From: Candidatus Fraserbacteria bacterium
Lineage (GTDB): Bacteria; Bipolaricaulota; Bipolaricaulia; RBG-16-55-9
Direction: 5' to 3'
Length of the DNA stretch: 28,713 nucleotides
Assembly: GCA_037442925.1 (NCBI GenBank)
Contig: JBBIPG010000027.1
Location: 1 to 28,713, forward strand
Positions 1 through 6,968 of this stretch are shown here, in pieces. Made by a program: the position numbers and the translations under genes. The notes beneath the pieces were generated by a model that saw only the letters and a list, made by a program, of their open reading frames with translations, did not search any database and had not been told where the DNA came from. Within the stretch, counting starts at the first letter, position 1. Every line of letters begins with the position of its first letter.

Positions 1-978
1 CTACAAAATTGCGGGTTTTGTCTACCCCAGGTAGGGAAAACAAGCGCCTTGAGCCAAGATCAAGGGCTCGATTGTGCCTCAGGACTGTTCAACGCGGGTC
101 CCATCGCGGTTGGGTTTGACCATCTGGTCCTTGGAACCTGTGGCCCTGATGGCTACCTCTACTGGGCAGAGCGCGGAAAGCAACGGATCATTAGGGTGAG
201 CCAAGATGGTCGGCAGGTTACGCAGGTTTTCAAGACGCTAGGACAAGATCCATGGGATGCTCCCGAAGGCCCTAGCTTCGATGGTCAAGGCAATCTCTAC
301 TGGACGAATACAGGCATAGGTGGAGTTTGGCGACTGGAGGGGGCGAACCCAGCTAATCAAGCAGTTCAGATAGTTCGCCAGTTCGGTGTTCCCGGTGGTT
401 GGATTGCTGGCGGAGGAACAGCTGTTCTTACGAAAGGCCCTTATGCTGGTGATGTAATCGTGGCGAGCCTAGAAAATGATGCTGTCTATAAGGTCAAGCC
501 ATCTGATTTCTGCACCGTTGCTGGCCAGACTAACTGCGGACGACCGGAAGTCTTTCTTCGGGAAAACCTGAACCGCCCGTACGGGCTTGCAACCAATAGC
601 CAAGGCGAGATCTTCGTTGCTAACGCTGGTGCACAGCTATTCTACATAACCAGATTCGCTCCTGATGGAAGCTTCTTAGGAGATTTCGTTACGGTGGGAA
701 GTGGAGGAGTAGCGATTGCCTTTGATTCGCAGGATAACCTCTGGGCAGTCACTAGCAATGCTCTTTTCAAGATCAGCCCTTCCGGTGAAAAAACGCTAGT
801 AACATCCGTTCCAAATTATGGATCGGGCATTGCCATTTGCATGGATTCCACAGCCAGCTCTTCAACAAGCTCACCAATTGCCTTTCCTCGCTTTCCTCTA
901 GAGCTGACAAGCCTATGGCTTGCTTTGGGGTTATACGCGCTCGGGAGGAGGAAGTCTCCCAAGGACATTAGAAACTGA
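1..978 (+). CDS. Exported NHL/SMP-30-like beta-propeller protein with C-terminal membrane anchor (5' end lies outside the window)
   Basis: Frame is open from base 1 (LQNCGFCLPQ...). Repeated propeller blades (GPDGYLYWAE, PEGPSFDGQGNLYWT, PYGLATNSQGEIFVAN, AIAFDSQDNLWAV). Ends in a Ser/Thr linker, a hydrophobic segment and RRK. Confidence 0.75.
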   Translation, partial: LQNCGFCLPQVGKTSALSQDQGLDCASGLFNAGPIAVGFDHLVLGTCGPDGYLYWAERGKQRIIRVSQDGRQVTQVFKTLGQDPWDAPEGPSFDGQGNLYWTNTGIGGVWRLEGANPANQAVQIVRQFGVPGGWIAGGGTAVLTKGPYAGDVIVASLENDAVYKVKPSDFCTVAGQTNCGRPEVFLRENLNRPYGLATNSQGEIFVANAGAQLFYITRFAPDGSFLGDFVTVGSGGVAIAFDSQDNLWAVTSNALFKISPSGEKTLVTSVPNYGSGIAICMDSTASSSTSSPIAFPRFPLELTSLWLALGLYALGRRKSPKDIRN

Positions 979-1044
979 CCACACTGCTCCGAGAGTTGAT
1001 TGCCCGACTGGGAACAGGAGTACAGGGCTTGTGAACACAAGGGC

Positions 1045-1073
1045 TTGATATGTACGGCAAATTGCCGTATAAT
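1045..1073 (+). promoter_or_regulatory. Sigma70 promoter of the TA operon with operator palindrome in the spacer
   Basis: TTGATA (1045-1050), 17 bp, TATAAT (1068-1073). Perfect inverted repeat TACGGCAA-A-TTGCCGTA at 1053-1069. RBS AAGGAG before ATG 1099. Confidence 0.85.
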
Positions 1074-1098
1074 TGACAACGCCAGAAAGGAGTTGGCA

Positions 1099-1398
1099 AT
1101 GACTGCCACTAGAGCGCAAAAGCATATGAATACCAAGAAAGCTCGCTTGGAAATACGGGTGACAGCAGAACAGAAGGAACTCATCGAACAAGCTGCTGCT
1201 ATCAATGGTCGCTCAACGACAGACTTTGTAATCAGCGCTGTTCAGGAAGCGGCCAAACGAACTTTGAAAGAGTACGAGGAAATGAGCCTCACAAAGCGTG
1301 ATCGAGTCGCTTTCGTTACAGCTCTCGTTGATGTTCCCACACCTGCTCCTCGCCTCAGAGAAGCGGCAAGACGTTACAAGAGAGCTCTGGCTCACTGA
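1099..1398 (+). CDS. DUF1778 family RHH antitoxin (TacA/AtaR-like)
   Basis: KKARLEIRVTAEQKELIEQAAAINGRSTTDFVISAVQEAA...RVAFVTAL...PAPRLREAARRY. Abuts the GNAT toxin start (TGA ATG). Start moved to ATG 1099, which has an RBS. Confidence 0.92.
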   Translation: MTATRAQKHMNTKKARLEIRVTAEQKELIEQAAAINGRSTTDFVISAVQEAAKRTLKEYEEMSLTKRDRVAFVTALVDVPTPAPRLREAARRYKRALAH

Positions 1399-1799
1399 AT
1401 GCCCGAATCCGATGCACCGAGATATGTCGTTGAGCCATTTCGCAAGGGCCGACATGATCGCTCAAGTTTCTCTTGTGGAATTGAGTCGTTGGATCGCTAT
1501 CTGCATCAGCAAGTAACCCAAGATCTCAAGCGCAAAATATCTGCCCCCTTCGTGCTTGTTGAGGAGGGTCGATAGACCAGACGCGTCAGGGAAAAGGATT
1601 GGGAGAGTTCCTGCTCATGGACGCTCTACAGCGAAGTCTAAACCAGACGGATAAGGTAGCTTCGTTTGCCGTTGTAGTGGATGCCATAAATGAAAATGCA
1701 CGACGCTTCTATCTCCATTTTGGGGTTCAACCCTTCCAGGATCGTCCGGATAGATTATTCCTACCCATGAAGACTATAGAACAGCTTTTCAATGAGTGA
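1399..1799 (+). pseudogene. GNAT acetyltransferase toxin (TacT/AtaT-like), internally deleted and frameshifted
   Basis: 1399-1575 encodes MPESDAPRYVVEPFRKGRHDRSSFSCGIESLDRYL...FVLVEEGR*. In another frame from about 1572: IDQTRQGKGLGEFLLMDAL...VVVDAINENARRFYLHFG...LFLPMKTI. The central GYY...LGRLA segment typical of the family is missing. Confidence 0.88.
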
Positions 1800-1823
1800 G
1801 GTATGACTTTTTCTTCAAATCGA

Positions 1824-2903
1824 TTACGAATGAGTCCTGCGGGTTGAGACGAATGCCGCACCCCCTGTATTGGCAAAGAATAACAGCAACGCAAGCACAT
1901 TGAGAAGCCCACCCCACTGGCGTCCCGGAAACCAATCCAACAGATCTCCCGTGATGCGCAAGAGCAGCGAAACGTGCAAGAGAGCTACGTGAGCGTAGAA
2001 GGTGGATCGAAAGGCTACAGCCCGCCCTAGAATGGCGGGGAAGATGATCGGCGCGTGCCCAAAGATCATGGAGAAGACGAAACCCATAAAGAAAGCGTGC
2101 AACACTGCATCATATCTTGGCCCCGTGATGACCTCACCAAATGTGAATGCCAAGATTCCACTTACTCCTAACCACACATAGCCTACGAGCAAACAGATGG
2201 CTATGAAGCGAGGCAAGCCTGATTGTTTCACTGTGCGCAAGGCGATGTCATGGCTCAACAGCCAGAGTGCGAGAGCAACCATGCCCCCGCCGACAATGCG
2301 AACGCCCACATTCAAGTCCACACTGACCCAGATCAGTCCCCCCAGCAAGAGAGCCACGGAGACCACAAAGACGCTTCGGCTCAGTTTGGATAGGCGAAGC
2401 AGACGAGCCAACTCCAGTCGCTCTCCCGCAATCGTCAAGACCAAGAAGCCAATCCACCAGACGACAACAGTGTGCATCGGCCATCCGGCAAGCCAAAGAC
2501 TATTCCCCACAAGATACGTCAGCGCTCCGAGAATCAGAATCACGGTGTGAAAGGCTACCTCACGAGCAAAGATGATCATCAAAATGACTGCCAATCCCAC
2601 ACTGCCTAGAGTCGTCAACAATGCGCCCGCAAAACTTGGCAGACCCACAATCAAGATCAAAGCACCCAACCCAGTGAGCAAGGGCGCTGCATACGCCCAA
2701 AGGCTCCCCAATGCGACGGCCCGCTCCAAGCTGATCACCGTACCGACGAACCCCGCAACTATCAATGGGCCATGCAGAGTCAATAGGGGTTGCAGCACGG
2801 GCAAGCTCCAACCCAGACGCACAAGCCCTCCCCATAGCCCTGCCAAGAGAGCTACCATGCCAAGTGCCAGCAAAGGAAATCGCAGTTGAGTTCGTGACGG
2901 CAT
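1824..2903 (-). CDS. Multi-pass membrane protein, NnrS-like family
   Basis: About 12 TM segments with HGPLIVAGFVGTVISLERAVAL, LTIAGERLEL, YDAVLHAFFMGFVFSMIFGHAPII. Start placed at ATG 2903 after a GGGGG RBS. Confidence 0.65.
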   Translation of the reverse strand: MPSRTQLRFPLLALGMVALLAGLWGGLVRLGWSLPVLQPLLTLHGPLIVAGFVGTVISLERAVALGSLWAYAAPLLTGLGALILIVGLPSFAGALLTTLGSVGLAVILMIIFAREVAFHTVILILGALTYLVGNSLWLAGWPMHTVVVWWIGFLVLTIAGERLELARLLRLSKLSRSVFVVSVALLLGGLIWVSVDLNVGVRIVGGGMVALALWLLSHDIALRTVKQSGLPRFIAICLLVGYVWLGVSGILAFTFGEVITGPRYDAVLHAFFMGFVFSMIFGHAPIIFPAILGRAVAFRSTFYAHVALLHVSLLLRITGDLLDWFPGRQWGGLLNVLALLLFFANTGGAAFVSTRRTHS

Positions 2904-2961
2904 TGAGCATCCCCCTACTCGATTGTGCTCATTCATGGCACCATACCATGACGCTGCTCAT

Positions 2962-2997
2962 TTGGCCAAGTATCCTGGCCGTACTATACTCAACACC
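2962..2997 (+). promoter_or_regulatory. Putative leaderless promoter of tdh
   Basis: TTGGCC (2962-2967), 17 bp, TATACT (2985-2990), 7 bp, ATG 2998. No Shine-Dalgarno sequence. Confidence 0.6.
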
Positions 2998-4038
2998 ATG
3001 ACACAGACTATGCGCGCGGTGGTAAAAGCCAAGTCCAGTCCCGGGCTGGAGCTGCGTGATGTTGCGCTGCCAAAGATAGGCCCCCGCGATGTTCTGGTCA
3101 AAGTGAAAGCAGCTTCGATCTGCGGAACGGATTTGCACATCTACCGCTGGGATCCTTGGGCTCAAGCGCGCATCAAGACTCCGCTCGTGATGGGACATGA
3201 GGCCTGCGGTGAGATCGTCGAGGTTGGCCGCGACGTCACGGAAGTAAGAGTAGGGGACTACATCTCTGCCGAAAGCCACGTCATTTGTGGCATCTGCGAT
3301 ATGTGTCGCACGGGGCGGGGACATCTGTGTAGAAACACGCGTATTCTCGGGATCGATCGCGATGGCTGCTTTGCGGAATACGTGGCGATCCCGGCCATCA
3401 ACGCCTGGCAGAATCCCCCGGATATGCCTCCAGAGATCGCCTCACTTCAGGAGAACTTCGGGAACGCGGTGCACACCGCCTTCACAGCCGATGTGCGAGC
3501 TAAGAAAGTGCTGGTCACCGGCTGCGGACCCGTAGGTCTTATGACCATTGCCGTAGCCAAGGCCATTGGAGCGCGGGCCGTCTACGCAACAGACATCAGT
3601 CCCTATCGCTTGCAGCTCGCTATCGAGATGGGAGCCGATGGCGCCTTCAACTCGCGCGAGATCGATGTGGTCCAAGCGATTCGCGATGTCACGGAAGGCG
3701 AGGGTGTGGATGTGGTATTGGAAATGTCCGGTGCACCCTCTGCACTGCGTGAGGGTTTTCAGCTGCTCAAGCCTGGAGGCGATGCGGCTTTGTTAGGGCT
3801 GCCCGGTCGCCCGGTGGAGTTCGATTTCGACAACTTGCTCATCTTTAAGGGACTTACTGTCTATGGCGTGATCGGCCGGCGCTTGTGGGAGACGTGGTAC
3901 CAGGCGCGCGGATTGATGCGTGCCAAAGCACTCGACTTAAGCCCTGTAGTCACTCATCGATTCCCTCTAGAGGACTTCGAGAGGGCCTTCGAGCTGATGA
4001 TCTCTGGCCAATGCGGCAAGGTCATTCTTCTGCCCTAG
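2998..4038 (+). CDS. tdh: L-threonine 3-dehydrogenase (Zn-dependent MDR family)
   Basis: ICGTDLHIYRWDPWAQARIK, GHE, structural Zn CGICDMCRTGRGHLC, GCGPVG Rossmann motif, GRRLWETWY, GQCGKVIL. Confidence 0.9.
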   Translation: MTQTMRAVVKAKSSPGLELRDVALPKIGPRDVLVKVKAASICGTDLHIYRWDPWAQARIKTPLVMGHEACGEIVEVGRDVTEVRVGDYISAESHVICGICDMCRTGRGHLCRNTRILGIDRDGCFAEYVAIPAINAWQNPPDMPPEIASLQENFGNAVHTAFTADVRAKKVLVTGCGPVGLMTIAVAKAIGARAVYATDISPYRLQLAIEMGADGAFNSREIDVVQAIRDVTEGEGVDVVLEMSGAPSALREGFQLLKPGGDAALLGLPGRPVEFDFDNLLIFKGLTVYGVIGRRLWETWYQARGLMRAKALDLSPVVTHRFPLEDFERAFELMISGQCGKVILLP

Positions 4039-4041
4039 ATT

Positions 4042-4692
4042 CTACGTCCGCGCGTCGATCACGTTAATCCCTTTGTCTTTGAGCTCCTTCACGATGGGGC
4101 GCCAATCGTAGTGATCCATGCGGATGACAATCAAGACATACCCTTCTTCGTGAGGGCATTTGTCACAGGTGACCACGCTCAGCACGTTGACCTCGTAGGA
4201 TTTGATGACGTTAAGAGCCTCGGCTAACGCTCCGGGGCGGTCCTCCAACTCGAGCGTGAGGCGAGTCCCATCACGCCCGATTCCCATAACCTCGATCAGA
4301 ACACCGAAGATGTCGGATTCTGTGATAATGCCGACGAGTTTGTTCTTGTCAAGCACAGGGAGGCTGCCCACTTTGTGCTTTCTCATGAGGAGCGCTGCCT
4401 GCTCAATGGTCTCATCCGGCGAGATGGTAATGAGATGATCCGCGGGGGTCATGGTCTCTTCGACCGTGATGCGAGCCAATAAGTAATTGAGCTCCCAGAT
4501 GCTGAGCGAAGTGGCACCCGAAGGTCCGGCCTCCTGAATGTCCCCTTGCGTGATGAGGCCGACCAGTTTGCCTTTCTTGAGCACGGGCAGTCGGCGCACG
4601 ATGTGCTGCTTCATCACATCTCGCGCCTCGAGGATGGGCATTTCTGGAGGGACGGTGATCACATCCTTCGTCATCCACATTCGTACGAACAC
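4042..4692 (-). CDS. CBS-pair + ACT domain protein (AcuB-like)
   Basis: Two CBS repeats (VRRLPVL, VGSLPVL, ATSLSIWELNYLL) followed by ACT (LELEDRPGALAEAL). GTG start with AAGGAG RBS. Confidence 0.88.
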   Translation of the reverse strand: MFVRMWMTKDVITVPPEMPILEARDVMKQHIVRRLPVLKKGKLVGLITQGDIQEAGPSGATSLSIWELNYLLARITVEETMTPADHLITISPDETIEQAALLMRKHKVGSLPVLDKNKLVGIITESDIFGVLIEVMGIGRDGTRLTLELEDRPGALAEALNVIKSYEVNVLSVVTCDKCPHEEGYVLIVIRMDHYDWRPIVKELKDKGINVIDART

Positions 4693-4739
4693 GCTTAGGG
4701 CTCCTTTCGCTCGCCTCTCATTCCGGTGGTAGTGGGCCT

Positions 4740-4781
4740 ATTCTAAGTGAAGAGTTGTGAGTGCACAATGATCTAGATCAT
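4740..4781 (-). promoter_or_regulatory. Class II Crp/Fnr-type promoter of the CBS-ACT gene
   Basis: -10 TAGAAT (4745-4740). Perfect palindrome ATGATCTAGATCAT (4768-4781) centred at -41.5 relative to the inferred +1 (4733). Confidence 0.7.
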
Positions 4782-4819
4782 GAAACGGGGCAATGGTTGT
4801 TGAGTTAGCCATTCATGTG

Positions 4820-4847
4820 TGTGATAGAGCATCTAGTAGACGAGCCA
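4820..4847. repeat. Left copy of a 28-bp direct repeat (duplicated 3' end of the DUF420 gene)
   Basis: TGTGATAGAGCATCTAGTAGACGAGCCA matches 5670-5697 at 26/28 positions. Confidence 0.9.
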
Positions 4848-4862
4848 GTGTGGACTTCGCGA

Positions 4863-5096
4863 TTATGCAGAAACCGGCTCCACCGGGCGGACGTGGGCAA
4901 TCTCGCGGGGACCAATGGGGCGTACTTGAGAAGCGAAGAGCGATACGACAGCGACAGTTTCCCCATCGAGCGTCATGAATTCCACTTCATAGCCTGCGCC
5001 GCCCTCATGCACTAAGACGATTGTGCCGATGTCGCCGCGCTTCAATCCGTGCTCGGGCAGGTCGGTTGTCAGTACAATACTGTCGAGTTCTCGCAT
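4863..5096 (-). CDS. DUF4926 domain protein (putative immunity/antitoxin)
   Basis: ELDSIVLTTDLPEHGLKRGDIGTIVLV...YEVEFMTLDGETVAVVSL is the family signature. GGAGGAG upstream. Confidence 0.85.
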   Translation of the reverse strand: MRELDSIVLTTDLPEHGLKRGDIGTIVLVHEGGAGYEVEFMTLDGETVAVVSLFASQVRPIGPREIAHVRPVEPVSA

Positions 5097-5138
5097 TTCT
5101 CTTTCTGCACTCCTCCAGGTGTCCGATGAATTCTATCC

Positions 5139-5325
5139 TCAACCAGCTGATCTTTTCAACGGGTAGGCTGTGGCCAAACGCGGTATAGTTTGCCCACGTT
5201 CCACAAACCAGACGACCCGTAAGTATGGCGTTCGTCCGTTTGGTGTCTGAAGGGCCCCTTCAACAATGTAACGCGTGCCAAAAGGGCTTTGCTCTGTTTT
5301 GACCATTGGTTTGGGCATGGGCTAA
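5139..5325 (-). pseudogene. 5'-truncated, frameshifted DUF6883-like putative toxin
   Basis: 5306-5139 (not in the ORF track) encodes MVKTEQSPFGTRYIVEGALQTPNGRTPYLRVVWFVERGQTIPRLATAYPLKRSAG*. LAHAQTN lies in an adjacent frame just upstream. The N-terminal half is absent. Directly upstream of DUF4926. Confidence 0.75.
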
Positions 5326-5335
5326 AGTTAAGTGC

Positions 5336-5538
5336 ATGAAGCGACGCAGAGTGCTACAGACCTTGGGTGAAAAGCTCTTTGACCTGGGAAACCTTGCGGC
5401 AGCTGCGTTGCTCTTCGGCAAGGCTCTCGCCCCCCAAGAGGTGCCAACTTCGGCTTTGATCATTGGCGAACTATCTTTGTTGGTCTTTATTTATTGGGAT
5501 CGATTCTGCTATACTTGGGGGCGGAGGAAGAACAATGA
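5336..5538 (+). pseudogene. Small membrane protein (DUF6722-like) with apparent 1-nt frameshift
   Basis: MKRRRVLQTLGEKLFDLGNLAAAALLFGKAL...LLVF. Adding one T to TTT at 5486-5488 gives ...VFYLLGSILLYLGAEEEQ* (67 aa), whose stop overlaps the next ATG (ATGA). Confidence 0.6.
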
Positions 5539-5639
5539 CCGAGTTGAGTTGGTTCTTACTCGCCATTGGGTTGTCCGCACTGGCAATAAGCGTAGCAGCA
5601 ATCCTGTGGGCTCGCCGTGGCGAGAACCCTAAACGTTGA
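5535..5639 (+). CDS. 34-aa single-pass membrane peptide
   Basis: MTELSWFLLAIGLSALAISVAAILWARRGENPKR*. GGAGG RBS, ATGA coupling to the upstream ORF. Confidence 0.6.
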   Translation: MTELSWFLLAIGLSALAISVAAILWARRGENPKR

Positions 5640-5664
5640 AATCTACCCTCTACCGAAGTTCCCC

Positions 5665-6084
5665 TCACATGTGATAGAGCATCCAGTAGACCAGCCAACC
5701 CGTGACGGCCACATAAAGCCAGAGAGGCAGAGTGAGACGAGCAATCTTCTTGTGATTCGCAAAGTCGCTTCTCAAGGCGCGACGTAGCGTGATGATCACC
5801 AAAGGAACAATGGCAATGGCCAAAAGCATGTGAGAGAAGAGCACCGCAAAGTACACCAGACGGATCGTGCCCTGCCCCTCAAAGGGTTTAGAACCCAATA
5901 GCGCCCAGCGCAGGACGTAGAAGATCAAGAACAGCGCGGCAAAAATAGTAGCCGTGATCATGCTGCGCTTGTGCCATGAGATCTTTTTCTGCTTGATGAA
6001 GATGAACCCCAGGACAAGACAGAAGCCACTTGTCAGAATGAACGCCGCATCGAGAGTAGGTAAGATCTCATGAAGTGACATCAC
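5665..6084 (-). CDS. DUF420 family membrane protein (oxidase assembly-associated)
   Basis: Four TMs with HKRSM, ALFLIFY, SHMLLA, HKKIARLTLPLWLYVAVTGWLVYWMLY. Last gene of the cox operon. Confidence 0.9.
   Translation of the reverse strand: MMSLHEILPTLDAAFILTSGFCLVLGFIFIKQKKISWHKRSMITATIFAALFLIFYVLRWALLGSKPFEGQGTIRLVYFAVLFSHMLLAIAIVPLVIITLRRALRSDFANHKKIARLTLPLWLYVAVTGWLVYWMLYHM
5670..5697. repeat. Right copy of the 28-bp direct repeat, inside the DUF420 3' end
   Basis: TGTGATAGAGCATCCAGTAGACCAGCCA encodes WLVYWMLYH on the minus strand. Confidence 0.9.
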
Positions 6085-6968
6085 TAGCCACGGCCGTCAA
6101 CGAGCATAAGCATCGAAAGCACTGCCAGATACAGCGTAGAGTAAAGGAAGAGCGACCGCGTGAGGCGATCCCGTTGTGGGCTGACAAGCACGAGGACCGC
6201 TAAAGCCACAAAGCCCAATCCCAGAATCGAAGCGACCACCAGATAACCCCATCCCACGACACCCAAGGGATAGAGCATGAGCGAAACGGGCAACAGCACG
6301 ACAGCATAGAGCAGGATCTGACGATATGTCATGTCCGGCCCGTGGATGACGGGCAATATGGGAAACCCTGCCCTACGGTATTCGTCTATTCGCAAGAGCC
6401 CAAGAGCCCAAAAATGTGGTGGCTGCCACAAGAAGAGAATGGCAAAGAGCACAATGGCTCCCGGCTCGATCTGGTTCGTAACAGCAGTCCAGCCGATCAC
6501 GGGAGGGAGCGCGCCCGCAACTCCACCCACTACAGTGCATAGAGGTGTCATCCTCTTGAGCCAAGCCGTGTAGATCCCCACGTAAAAGAGAATTGCCAGG
6601 AGCGCCAGCAGTGCACTCAAGAGATCGACGAAAATGGCCAGCATCACGAAGGAAATCAGGCCTAGAGACCCCCCGAAGACCAACGCTTCCGAAGGTCGTA
6701 GGCGTCCGGAGGGAAGCGGTCGCTGCCGCGTTCGCTCCATGACAGCATCCAGATCGCGGTCAATGAAATTATTCAGAACAGCAGCCGAAGCAGAGGCCAT
6801 CCCTGTACCCAGAAGCGTAAAGAAGACCAACTCAAACGAGGGGACGCCGCGAGCGCCCAGCCAGAGTCCGGCCAGAGTCGTGACCAGCACAAGAAACGTG
6901 ATGCGCGGTTTCGTGAGGTTTACATAATCTGCCAGAACTTGACGAAGCGGAAGCGCTTGAGCTTGCAT
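6084..6968 (-). CDS. ctaB: Protoheme IX farnesyltransferase (heme O synthase)
   Basis: LTKPRI, NNFIDRDLDAVMERTRQRPLPSG, YTAWLKR, WQPPHFWAL. Start at ATG 6968 (TGATG overlap with ctaA, AGGAGG RBS). Confidence 0.95.
   Translation of the reverse strand: MQAQALPLRQVLADYVNLTKPRITFLVLVTTLAGLWLGARGVPSFELVFFTLLGTGMASASAAVLNNFIDRDLDAVMERTRQRPLPSGRLRPSEALVFGGSLGLISFVMLAIFVDLLSALLALLAILFYVGIYTAWLKRMTPLCTVVGGVAGALPPVIGWTAVTNQIEPGAIVLFAILFLWQPPHFWALGLLRIDEYRRAGFPILPVIHGPDMTYRQILLYAVVLLPVSLMLYPLGVVGWGYLVVASILGLGFVALAVLVLVSPQRDRLTRSLFLYSTLYLAVLSMLMLVDGRG

Larger units (their letters stand above)
4848..5669. mobile_element. Small integrase-less islet between direct repeats
   Basis: Bounded by the 28-bp repeat (offset 850 bp). 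Contains only accessory-type small genes and gene remnants. Confidence 0.7.

Noticed and set aside
979..1044. Duplicated gene end (att-like repeat) bounding the DUF1778/GNAT pair, and the small palindrome CTTGTG-AA-CACAAG
   Set aside because: No convincing nucleotide match to the sequence near 1800-1880. The palindrome is too short to support a call.
5306..5632. 108-aa ORF as a single real protein
   Set aside because: Better explained as a frameshifted 67-aa ORF plus a coupled 34-aa ORF.
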